From NCBI RefSeq assembly GCF_018350175.1, contig NC_058368.1, forward strand, positions 17,982,001 to 18,046,000: a DNA stretch of 64,000 nt. The letters run 5' to 3'. Under the pieces are notes generated by a model. The model was not told where the DNA came from. It did not search any database and saw only the letters and a list, made by a program, of their open reading frames with translations. Source of the DNA: Felis catus (lineage: Eukaryota). Made by a program: the position numbers and the translations under genes. Of this stretch, positions 1-12,129 are shown piece after piece; position 1 is the first letter of the stretch; every line of letters starts with the position of its first letter.

Positions 1-202
1 TTTAAAATTTTTTAGTGTTTTTATTTGTTTTTGAGAAAGAGAGAGAGAGAGAGAGAGCACAAGGAGGGAGGGGCAGAGAGAGAGGGAGACAGGCTCCAGG
101 CTCTGAGCTGTCAGCACAGACTGGGGCTCGAACTCATGAACCGGGAGATCACGAGCTAAGCTGAAGTTGGATGCTTAACCAACTGAGCCACCCAGGCGCC
201 CC
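1..202 (-). mobile_element. Can-SINE (SINEC_Fc)
   Basis: T-rich tail, (GA)n, ends ...gagccacccaggcgcccc (reverse of the SINE head). Confidence 0.9.
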
Positions 203-3200
203 GCATATTTGATTTTTAAACTAACAGGGTGTGCTATGTAAAATTAGGGGAAGAGTGTGATCATGGAACATAGGAAACAGCATGCGCTCAATCACCTCTG
301 ACCATTGGGGAGAGGTTGGAAAGGGACTTCTTCCACGTTTGTTATAAAAACCACAGTGTGGCTGACACAATGTCCATTTCCATCCCCTGTTCTTTTATAT
401 CTTTCTCTTCACTACAAGCAGCTAAAATCGCCATTCCCTGGCCTCAACTGGAAGCTTGAGTGGTCACGTGACAGTGCTGGCCAATGAGATGAGAGAGGGG
501 ACGTACAGGCGCCCTCGTGTCCGCTTGCTGTTTCTCCCAGCCTAGAAAACTTATGGGATGGCACTGGAATCACAGAAGCCGTTCTTCGGCCAGGAAGTGA
601 CATGCACGATGACAAAAGCCAACACACTAAGAACAGTAGAGTAAAATGGCACCAAGAGTCTAGATCCGAGGTGTTTTCACTAAGCTGCTGTGTTATCCTC
701 AGACATCTTCTGGGTGAGACCAAAAAGCCCCAGCTGTTTAAGTCCCTGTTACTGGCAAGGGCTACATGCCCGCTAGACTATTGAAACTACCTGCTCTCTT
801 GCAGCACCCCGGGGGCCAGCACCCCGGGAAAGCGGATTAGACACAAAGCGAGGAGGCACTAAGCAGAGCAGAGAGGACAGAATAGCACCAGGGGAGAATT
901 CTTTCTCTAGCAAAGGGTGGCTACCGGGGACATTCATCGTCTATAGCGTGCATTGGCGAAGGTGGATGGACCCTTCTTAAAATCTGGCAAGAGAAACAGG
1001 AACCGCCGCGAAAATAGCTTACAAAATACCACCCCCCCCCTTAAAGTCGTAACTTTGAGGAATTAAAAAAGACAAATTCTCAGCATTATAAAATGACTGC
1101 CACAAGAAACGTGTCTGAACACGGGCCAGCAAGAATGAGATGCAGGAAGGCAGGAGGTGTGAAGGAGAAGCAGCGGATAATAATGCAAGTGAGGCTCCAA
1201 ACAGAGCCCGGAGAAGAGGGACTTTTCTTTTAACTGCTCCTGGCCTAGAGCTTATCAGTTCTCCATCAGAATAGATCATTTGCTCCTCCACACATGCAGT
1301 GAAAATACCTTACGAGATGCAGGACTCATGAGTTCTCAGGACACAGGGTGTAAAACGGATCATTGGAGACCGGGGTAGTTCGTCCTCTTGGCCATTTCCT
1401 TCCTTTGTTCATTCCTGAGCTACCCTTTCCCTTCGGGAATCTCTTCTAAAGACAAATTTACGTGGGTGTTGCTTCCGTATTTTACTGCATTGTGTGCATC
1501 TTATAATGAGGGAAAAAAAATCTCACAGGACCGGTGAGCTCCCGGGTTTTCTGGTCTCCATTTCAAGTAGTCTCTGAGTGAGATCATGTGTTGCTTTTGG
1601 AATGCCCTTTCTCTGGCGAACTTGTTTATGCATACATTTACCATAGCTGCCCTAAGCTCCTACTCTAGGACGGGTGCCCATTTCATTTTCTATGAGCTTT
1701 CTGTCATGCGTTTGATAGACTCAAGGCCCCCTTCTCCCTGTAGAAACTGTGTATGCGCAGTTACGTTACAATTTCTGAATACGGTGATTTGTGTGACTCT
1801 ATTCCCCAGAAACTCTCGTGGAAATAAGGTGCATAGAGCCCATGGCCTGTTCCCAGGGGTGCTGTCTGCATTATTCATTGAAAGTTTGCAAACCACTTTG
1901 GCAATGTAAAGTGCCCTATCATTTCTCCGTATTATTCTTTCATGAATTAAAGCAGCATACAAATTTTAAATCAATAACTTATTCATAAGAGGCAAAAAAA
2001 ACGTGAAGTGTTAAATTGCATTTAATGTAGCAAATATTTCACATTAGGCCATCAAAATGGAAAATGTCCATAATACACTATATATATATTTTGCTAAATG
2101 ACCCAGGAAGCATTTTAAAGTAGTACATAATTATGTTTAATATTGAATCAGTGTCGTGCTTTTGCTACTTTTAAATTCTTTTTTCTTTTCATGTCAAAAA
2201 TCATCTCAGGCTTTTTCAGTGTTATGACTATGTTTTACATTTTTTTTTAAAATTTTCCCAGACTGTGTAGAAAGATAGGTATAATGGGTTCTATAAAAAG
2301 AGATAAGAATTTTTTTGTAATAATATTTGCTACCAATCAATCATAACTCCTGAGACAATTCACAAAGATGTGTTTCAACAGTATTTTAAAATTGTAAGTC
2401 CTCCCTTCACCAAACTAAGATGCACTGCAAATACTGAATATACTAATAGAATGATCTAAAACTTAAACAGTTAGTTTAGTGTTATAATACTAAGAGGGGT
2501 TAACAAACACTGCTTTTTCTGAAGTACATAATTTCATATTACAGCCATTGTGAAATGGTAGAGGAGAAATGCTTTTTCCCAATTCTCTGGTTTTCCTCAG
2601 GAGAAATTTTTCTTAAATGCACCTGGTCTCTCTCCACACAGCTGAGCAGCTGGGGTAATTGGAGGCTCCAGGGGGAACCCCGTTTGAGCACTAGGATAAC
2701 TCTGCCCTTCTCTTGGGGTGAATCTCCCATTACAGGGCAGGACTGTCCAGAGGCCACGCCTGAGAGAGCCAGTAAATCTGCCAAACCCTGGGGCCCGGTT
2801 AGCAGGCCTGTTTGCCCCTCACTAAGCTACATCTTCTACATTAGCCTCTGTCAGTAATAACCATGGTATTTTGATCTCCATCTGCCATTTTTTCCTCTCA
2901 ATTTGTCCAGATTGCATCTGGGGAAGAGAAACACTCTTTATTGGCCCCCATCAGAGATAGTAAGTTTACTACCACAAACTGGAGGGAAACATGTTGAAAT
3001 ATTAATTAAATATTACTATTTTGTGACTGATACGGCCGCAACACCAAGCCTGTACTAACGGGGTCGGGACAAAAGACGGGAACTGACCTCCAGCAGTTAG
3101 CATTGAGTTGAGCTGTCAAACGTTGTGTTTGGTTGACTTGCCAACTAGAGCGCATGTGTGGATGAAAAGAGAATGCTCGTTGGCTACGTATGGCTTCCAA

Positions 3201-3801
3201 GATCAATGTCTTTGTGGTTTAAAAGCTAAAAAGCATGGGCTAGGTGACAAGAAGCAGAAGATACAAGAACAAAAAGAGAATTAAGAGCAGTATACAGCAT
3301 CAACCATTTCAGCAGACAGACACTAGAAGAGGGGGTGGGGGTGATAACAGCAGGGAGCAAGGAGGAGGAGAGAGAGGAAGAAGCTGGGGGAGGGAAGGAG
3401 GAGGAAAGGGAGGAGGAGGCGTGAAACAGACGGGGATGGGGGAGGAGATGAACAGAGGCAGGGGACAGACCAAGACGGAGAGAGAGAAGACAACTGTTCT
3501 GTTTTGGTTTTTGTTTGTTTTGCTTTGTTTCCAGGGAGAGAGGGATAAATAGCACGTCTGTGTCTTCTACCTTGAAGGCACAGACACAGGGTACTTGCCA
3601 TGTCTGGTGAGGGATGGGAAAATATGGGTCTAGTGGCTCAATTGTTACTACATGGGGATTAGTATGCCATGAAAAAGACATGTCCACTTGGAAACATTAG
3701 CAGTCAAAGGGACATTCGCTATGTGCAGGGAAATGAGAAGCTGTTGCCCAGCCCTCTGTCAGCTTCTATAGTAACAACCCGGTATAATAACTGATGTTTG
3801 A

Positions 3802-4037
3802 GGGGCACGTAGGTGGCGCAGTCCGTTGAGTGTCCGACTCTTGATCTCAGCTCAGGTCTTGATCTCACAGTTCGTGGGTTCAAGCCCCCTGTTGGGCTCC
3901 GCTCTGATGGTGCAGAGCCTGCTTGGGATTCTGTCTCTCCTTCTCTTTGTCCCTCTGCTGCTTGTATGTGCGTGCTCTCTCTCTCTCTCTCTCTCTTTCT
4001 CTTGAAAACTGAATAAACTTAAGAAAAAAACAAACAA
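3802..4037 (+). mobile_element. Can-SINE
   Basis: ggggcacgtaggtggcgcagt head, (CT)n, A tail; TSD aactga/ctgtttga on both sides. Confidence 0.9.
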
Positions 4038-4246
4038 AACTGCTGTTTGATATGATGCCTTTTCCAAGTGCCCCAAGCAATTAGCCACTCCTTCCCCTAT
4101 ACTTCTAATCGATGGATACCTCTTCCACAGAGCTTACAACCATGCATTGTAATTATTTGGTTGTGGATGTGTATTCCAAACTTGATTGTTAGCTCTTTAA
4201 GAGCCGCCTTACTCATCCTGCTAAGCACATAGCAGGTGCTTACCTC

Positions 4247-4740
4247 GTCGGGCCTAAAATTTCATGGGCTGCCTTGGCATCTTTGAAGCTCAGAAGGCCC
4301 CAAAGGCCGAGCTGTGAGTCCTGTACTCTTGCCAGACAGAACCCCCCCCCCCCCCCGCCCCGGCAGAAGGAAATGTGCTCACCTGACTAGCTTCTCCGTT
4401 TGCCACATCAGCTACACCTCATCCGGGTCTGAGCCTGATGGGTTTCGTTCCCTTCCAACCCACACAATTATTCAAACAAGTCAATCCCATCCTACTGTGG
4501 GAACCGAGGGGGCACTTCCTCCTCTCATTACTACAAACCTTGCCTCCCACTACCCCTGCTGGTTCAGTCTGCTCCCGCAGTGCCGCCCAAGTGTGGCCCT
4601 GCCTTCTGTACAGGACCCACCCTTCCCAGGCTGTGAGTATGTGTGACCAATAAACTGCTGTCAGCTCATCTGTCCAGTGTCAGGTGTCATGTTTTCAGCC
4701 ATCTCATGCTACTTAGGGTGGGGGACCCCTCTCTCAGAAC
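4247..4740 (+). mobile_element. ERVL-class solo LTR (MER54/MER74-like)
   Basis: AATAAACTGCTGTCAGCTCATCTGTCCAGTGTCAGGTGTC R/U5 signature as recalled for this LTR group; subfamily uncertain. Confidence 0.6.
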
Positions 4741-5550
4741 AGTGCTGAATAAGCACTTGGTAAAAAATACTTGATATCATAATTGGCACAACATCATCAC
4801 ATCATCAAAAAAGACTACATTACTGTTTTTTTTTTAAGGCACAGGATGTCCTTCGGATCCATTTCCATTCAACAACAGCTAAAAGCCCAGAATGTGAGAT
4901 CCTTAGATACCCACAAATATATTAATCAAGTCAGCCCACTCCTTGATTGGTGCTGGTAAAGTTTTTACTGTGTAATTTAAACATGCAGTTATTTATAAAT
5001 TAGTAAAATTAAAATGTGGTAAGACCGAGAGATGTTTTTCTTTTGGCTTATCTGTATTTCCTAATCTACCTCAAATAACCTGGAGTAATTATATACTTAA
5101 AATGTTTAATAGAAGTATAAGGCAATTATCAACTGAAAAAATTCTCTGAAACACAAAATAACTAGATCTAACCCACTGGATAAAGTTGCTTAAAAAGAAC
5201 ATATTTCAGAATAGAGTAAGGAAGGGTAGGATTTGTCCCTGAATGGAACACGCGTTTCAAAAATTCGTGAACTGCAACACAATAAATGTACATCAAAGAG
5301 CATATCTGCATGTCAGGAACATTGTAGAAAGCAATCCAGATCTGGTCTGAAGTTCTACTAGATTCTTTTCTCTTCCCTTGTAGTGTTCTGGGGTCAACTT
5401 TCTGTTGAACGCTTCTGTAATAGCTCAAAGTCATATCCAGTGAGGCCGCTACATTTCTGCAAATTGCTTGGGGTAACTCTGGCCTCTTCTTGCTAAAGCT
5501 GTGGGTCTCACACCTGTCTCTCCCCAGGATTCCCTGTAACCCCAAGTGGT

Positions 5551-5603
5551 AAAACAACAAAACAAAACAAAACAAAACAAAAACAAAACAAAACAAAACA
5601 AAA
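5551..5603. repeat. (AAAAC)n microsatellite
   Basis: directly visible. Confidence 0.9.
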
Positions 5604-8083
5604 CCCCCTCTTTAACTCCTCTAGGTGGCAGTGTTTTGAAGGGCTTCAAGGAGGACCAGAGAGGAGGGTTCCATTTTAGCAAGGCAAAACAATTCACCTA
5701 AGAAATATTGGGCCTCCTAATTCTAGAACTCCCTGCTGGGGACATTGCTACCTCCTTACTAACTACAGTCATCTGTCATTGCCAATTGGGTTCCTTTTCC
5801 TGGACTTCCTTTCCTTTGCCCCTTCCTCCTCACCTAAACTTCTTTTGAACCCTATAGCACCTCTTTTTTCAGGCTGTTCTTAGAAACTTAAGTCTCTTCT
5901 CTGCATTGCTTGAGCATTTCAACTTTCATCCATTGTCTTACTGGTATTCATTCTTGGGGGTGATCATGGCATTGTATTAATCCCTCTGTGTTATTACAGA
6001 GGAGCTGTAATAATCCTTCCTCTCTGGTATCCGATTAAAAAAAAAAAAACCTTCTCTTGCTCAGGGACTTAGATTTGTGTTGCTTTCCTCAAGGTGGTCA
6101 TTGGCTCAAACCTCAGTCTGCTTTTTAAAAAATAAAACAAGTTTATTTAAAATATGTTAATAGACTCTGTTCCAAAGGACATTTCTTTAAAAACAACTTT
6201 TTACCCATTTAGCATGAGCTCCATATCATCTTCGAGATGCTTTGAGCCAAAATATTAAAATAAAAAGCCCATGTTAGTGGTTTAAGAAAAAATATATAAG
6301 GTACACCACCCCGCTGCCTTAAAAAAATATACGTATCTTTTTCAAGAGGAATCAGAGCCAGCTTAAAACTATCTAAATCAAAACCCACAGTGTCCAGCTG
6401 TAACACTAACTAGGAAGCCAAAGACCTGGGTTCAAATTCAGAGTCAGAATCTTGACGAGACTAAGACCCAGATATCAGCTCTCTCTCATAGCCCACTTAC
6501 CAAAGCTTTGCCTTTGCCTAATAAGGCTATTCTCTGTCATCTGACCACTTGCCTGAGGTGAAATGAGTCAATCAACTTATTTATTCCAATTCGGGGTAGA
6601 TCTTGAATTAATAGTAGTGCTTGTGTTACAATGTGATTTTCCCGAATGTTAAGGATTTGTTTCTTTATCCTAGAGGCCTCCTAGTGGTGGAGAGACAGCA
6701 AAGCAGACACAGGACTTTCAGTAGTTTTTCTTCTAAGGTATTTATGCGCAAATTAGATTGTAGCCCAACCTTGTCTGACTTTCCTGTTAGAAAATGATTA
6801 GCATCCCAGTGTCTCCACTCCTAACACATTGACATGGGAGCTGACTTGGTTTAGTTATAGGTGCATTGAAAATGGCATGAGGCCAAAAGAAGCCCGAGGT
6901 CCATCTTTGCTATAAACTCCCTGCTAGTTTAACTATTTTTCTTCATCTTTTGTTTTTACATTTATGACTATTGTTTCTTTCATTGCCATCATGCCTAATC
7001 AGAAATTATATATAATGTACTTACCGTTAAATGTTAAGTCTTCACTTACCACCTGCTTTGGACCCAAAAGTGTTGTAAGTCTTATTTGATCCCGAGTGTT
7101 GCTTAGAAAACAAATAATTATGGTGTAGTGAAGAAAGGAAAAGACCTGCTTCCTTGATTCACAGGAGCCTTTGAGTTCAACAGAAGAGACAGAGAATAAA
7201 CATCCGGTTTTTGACTGATGTTCCTAACCTTCATTTTTGTCTGTAAAGAAGCAGAAAAGGGAGAGGCAGAAACTTCGCGGGGGTAGAAATCAGGAACACC
7301 CAGTTCTGGGCTCACTTTAGCTGTTAAACTGGTGCTTGACCTTGGACAAATAACAATGTAAAATGAGGGATCTGATCATCCTATTGTTTTCTTGCCCCCC
7401 CCCCCAAATGGCATGATTTTGTAATGAAACTGAGAACATGATTACCAGTAGCCAATCAGGCCAGTATCCGGAAATGCCCTGCTGTAACATGTTAGCTGAA
7501 ACTATACGAGGTACGCTTGTCGAGGATTCAACAAACCTCAGCAGGTATATAGGTGAAAAGATGCATCATTTTGCCAGGAATTAACTTTTCTTTTTCCTGT
7601 TCTTATATAAAAAGTTACACCCTGAGGCCTTTGAAACAATTCTGTGGCACTAACCAGTGCTGGATAATGACAGAGCAACCTGATGTCAAGCTTTCTGATG
7701 TGATAAATTCATCTAAGCCATCAGTTTTGAACCATTTCTTTTCCCTAGACCGATTCTGCAGAATTTCTCTTCTGCCGTCTTAGAATTCATTAAGTAACAA
7801 AAAATGCAGCATGTTCAAACCTACAATAAAAGTCTGCCCTACCCTTTGAGGATGAATTTCAGTGCATGATTAGTTTGCCAAGGACCGTGCAAAGATCAAG
7901 ACCCTTTTAGGGGTCATAACGAAGAATAATGGACTGAAAATCCAATTGCCTTTCTTGTGTTACAGTAACGAGAAAAGGTTTTTCGTTGGTTTTGGTTTTG
8001 GTGTTAGTCTGGTTTTGGTTTTGGTCTAGATATTTTCCAGAGTTAATTGGATTAAAGGTTGATGTATAATAAAGGTAAAGATA

Positions 8084-8305
8084 GGGGCGCCTGGGTGGCG
8101 CAGTCGGTTAAGCGTCCGACTTCAGCCAGGTCACGATCTCGCGGTCCGTGAGTTCGAGCCCCGCGTCAGGCTCTGGGCTGATGGCTCGGAGCCTGGGGCC
8201 TGTTTCCGGTTCTGTGTCTCCCTCTCTCTCTGCCCCTCCCCCGTTCATGCTCTGTCTCACTCTGTCCCAAAAATAAATAAACGTTGAAAAAAAAAATTAA
8301 AAAAA
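8084..8305 (+). mobile_element. Young feline Can-SINE (SINEC_Fc)
   Basis: CpG-intact head ggggcgcctgggtggcgcagtcggttaagcg; TSD aataaaggtaaaga (8068-8081 / 8306-8319). Confidence 0.95.
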
Positions 8306-8419
8306 AATAAAGGTAAAGAGAAGTATAAGATATAGCATAATGACTTGCTGTCACCAAGATAGGATTGATCTGAATTTGATTTAGCCATAGAAATACCTCC
8401 CATAGGGAGGAAGGACCAT

Positions 8420-8650
8420 TATGGTTTAGAGCAGGCAGATTCTGGGCTTCGCCTCTTAACTGGTTTTCTCATCTTGAATAAGTAATTTACTTAGCCTATC
8501 TAAAACTCAATTTGCTTAACTGTAATATGGAGGTAATAAGATCTTCCCATAGTGTTATTCTAAAGATTAAATGAGATAATATATATAAAATATTTACCAC
8601 AGCGCCAAGTATATAGTAACTGCTCAATAAATAGAAGCGATTGAAACTAT
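8420..8650 (+). mobile_element. MIR SINE
   Basis: MIR core-like ...ctcaatttgcttaactgtaatatggaggtaataa...gattaaatgagataat...tgctcaataaat. Confidence 0.7.
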
Positions 8651-10019
8651 TATTTTAGTGAACTTTCTTTCCTATCATCTTAGAATTCACTTAGTAACAA
8701 ATAATCCAACACATTCAAACCTATAAAAAAAGGTCTGCCTTTTTAAGATAAATTGCTATATAAAAATTAAAGTGAGCTTTCTTTTTTAGAACTGATTATT
8801 CAATATGCAATCTGTTATGGTTTCCACAATTTCTTTCAAAAGAGAAGACAGATTCTGACCAAGTTTTCCATATAAATAAAATTATCAGAAGGTACGCCAA
8901 CTTTGATGCTATATAAAATTCAATTCAGTATGCTATATAAAATACCCACAAAGTGGTAGCCCCAAACAGTTTTCCAACGGCAATAATGTTTGCTACTTTG
9001 ATACATTAAATTAATGAAAACTGAATACTGGGGATGTTGTAGAACTGCACATTTATCCTGAACTCAGGAAATTTGAGGCTAAAGCCCCCCAAAGCCAGCT
9101 TCTGTGCATCTATTCTCTTTCCTCTAACCAGGTTCTACGCTATGCCCTCCCCCTTCTTTCTTTCCTTTTTTCCCCTCCCCATCTCTGAGTCTTTCCTGAC
9201 AATACAGTTTAGCAGGGAGATATACATGAAAGTATTGTAGGGGTGGTTCTGTAGGGAAGACACGTTAATAATCCCAAAGTCCTTATTAAACAACATCAGC
9301 TCATACGTGGTATACCCCTCCCTGATTTACATCAGTTCTAGCTAACAACAAGTAATGACCTTTGTGGATAAAATACAAAGCATATTAGTTTGCGAAAATA
9401 TCTCTGCTATGCTCATTCTTTACATTGTTGACCATTGTGACAATAGAGGTGGATATCTGAGTATAAACAAAGAGAGGGATGGTTTCCACAAAGACAGACT
9501 TCAGACTTTAGAATTCCTGTAGAAACACCCAGACACCATTGTATCTTGACCAGTTTTAAGAAACCAAATAAATTTTATTATTAAAATTTAAAAATATCTT
9601 TCTATGGCATAATTAAAATAATGGGTAGAGCACATTGCTTCATTGGTGTACATCCAGTTTACTGTTTAGACAAAAGCCCAGTAAGAAAGAAACTGCATGG
9701 TTGTTACTCAATAGTGACATCTACCGGTGACCCAAGAGTATGGGTTACCACAGGAGAAAGCTCTGGCTCTTTGGCCCTAACGTGGCCAGAATTATAATTA
9801 ACTCTCAGGCATAAAATGGCTTGTTTTCTAGTTTGTGGATTTTGTAGGTCTTTGGTAACTCTTCATGACCTCACCCATTATCTGCCAGTTGGCTTAAAAG
9901 TCTAATCTTAGCATTCTTACCAGAGGTTAAGTGTGCAGGAAATAAAAAATGAACCTCACATCAATCAATATTGTTTCTGTTATTTGATGATTTAAAAAAT
10001 AGTAAGTTTCCTTAAGAAT

Positions 10020-10695
10020 TACAAAGAATATACATAGACACACCCCACCCCTATGCAGGAGTGGAATTTTTCCCTTCCTCCACTCTTGTGAGGGAGGGCT
10101 GGACTCAGTGGCTCAGAGATAGAGTACAGAAAGGAAAAAATGGTAACTTACAATGGGAGACGGCTGGTGGACAACACCGTATTTGGGTGACCAAGGTGAA
10201 CATTACCAGTGATGTGTGGATACCAGATACCCCTGAGATGATGTGAGGAAAGGGAGCGTCACCTCTATGTGCTCTCTCCAAAAATCCACAATCCCAGTCT
10301 AATCACAACAGACTAACCCAGATTGGGGAAAATTCTACAAAATACCCGATTAATACTCTTCAAAACCGTCAAGGTTATAAAAAACAATGGAAGACTGAGT
10401 CAAAGACCAGAGGAGACTAAAGAGACACAATGACTAAGTCAGTATGGGTTCCTGGGAGGGATCCTGAAGAGAAAAGGGGCATCAGCGGAAATCTAAATTA
10501 ATCTGGGGTTTAGTTCATAGTAAGGCACCCATGTTGGTTTCTTACTTTTGACAAATGTGCCACAGTAACGTAAGATGAAAACGTTAGCGGAAAACTGAAA
10601 CCGGTTGAGGGGTATATGGGAATACTCTGTACTCTCTTTGCAAATTTTCTGTAAATTTTCAAGTATCCCAAAACAAAAAGTTTATTTAAAAAAAA
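10020..10695 (+). mobile_element. Old L1 (L1MC-like) 3' end
   Basis: gggtatatgggaatactctgtactctctttgcaaattttctgtaaat...aaaagtttatt terminal signature, followed by an A tract. Confidence 0.75.
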
Positions 10696-10789
10696 AAAAT
10701 CTCGTGTACTTTCTGTGCGTCCATTTCTATGCTGGACACTCTTCAGGATCACACCTCGTGCTTGAAGAACACGTCGCAGATGGAAATGG

Positions 10790-10950
10790 ATTTTCATATA
10801 CTTTCCTTTAACCTCCCACAGCAGCTCTGCAAGACAGGCAAGATGAAATTTTTCCATCTCCAACGTATAGACGAGGAAGCCAAGACTCAGAGAAGTTTCA
10901 TCCTGAGTAAAGTCACAGAGGGAGAAGAAAGCAATGCCAGGACCCACCCA
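10790..10950 (-). mobile_element. MIR SINE
   Basis: antisense MIR core (gacgaggaagccaagactcagagaag...aaagtcacagag). Confidence 0.6.
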
Positions 10951-11922
10951 AGGGACTCTTTCTACACCCTACAAGTTTGTTAGCTTGAAATTCTAATTGA
11001 AGTGATTCTGTTGGGTGTGACTGATTAACACAATGTTGTTGGGTGTTAATGTGTCCACGGTATCCTGCCCCTTTTGTGTGAGGACTTTTGTAATTGTAAT
11101 GAATGCCATAAGAAAAAAAAAATGGAAATGGGAAAGAATAAGTCAAAGTTCTAATATTTATTCCCAGGCTTCATCATGAAGTAATAAAACTCTCTCTGCC
11201 AAGAAAAATCCCTCTTATCCTTTAAGGCTTGGCTCAACAATTACTTTGTGAGTCCTTCTTCCAGGCTCCCCTCCCACAGGGAGCACTTGCCTTCACCTCT
11301 GCACTTCTGTAGCATTTTTACGGCTTCTTTTTCTTTTTCCAGTGGGGGGGGAGGGGAGAGCATAAATATTAGAAATATACATTCCTATTTTTGCTATATA
11401 TAACATGACTCTCTCACCTTACACTTTTTTCTATCCAGTATGTTTATTTCTCAACACCCACCCCCGCCCCCGCCGCTTTTTTTTTTTTTTTTTTTTTTTT
11501 TGGTCGAATGTGGCTAGGCATGTTAAATTACTTAAGTTAAAAATCTCAAACTCAAATGTCTGCAGAGACCTGCAAATGAGTCTAAATGGGTAAAGTAGGC
11601 CTGAATATGGGAAAAGTCAAGTGGCCCTCTCTGTGCCTTGTTTTTCTACTTTTGGAAATCCCACGAAAACTGATGTTTTTCTACTGTAAGCAACATGGTG
11701 CTCGATGATGAATAGTAAGTGACAGTTGACCTCAGTATTTGTATGGGAACAAGGGTGTGGCGTGTATTATGGCAAACAGGAAAGTTCATGGCCTGTTTAG
11801 AGGGGTAGGACTGTTTTGTTCCAAACGACTGTTGCCTTGTGGAAATTTAAAGACAGTTTTTATAAACACGCTCTTTTCTTTTCCTTCTTCTTTTTTTTTC
11901 CAAGAGAAGCTGGGAATTTGAA

Positions 11923-12129
11923 TTTTAAATTTTTTTAATGCTTATTTATTTTTCAGAGAGAGAGACAGAGCATCAGTTGGGGAGGGGCAGAGAAAGAGGG
12001 AGACACGGAATCTGAAGCAGGCCCCAGAGCCGTCAGCACAGAGCCCGGAGCGTGACTCGAACCTTGAAATCATGAGGCTGACCTGAGCCGAAGTCGGTCA
12101 CTGAACTGACTGAGACACCCAGGCACCCC
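11923..12129 (-). mobile_element. Can-SINE
   Basis: antisense SINE consensus. Confidence 0.9.

Noticed and set aside
3226..3687. Overlapping 92-153 aa ORFs in a purine-rich tract
   Set aside because: Low-complexity GA-rich sequence, with no splice or homology support.
8084..8170. tRNA-like A/B boxes at SINE heads
   Set aside because: tRNA-derived SINE promoters, not tRNA genes.
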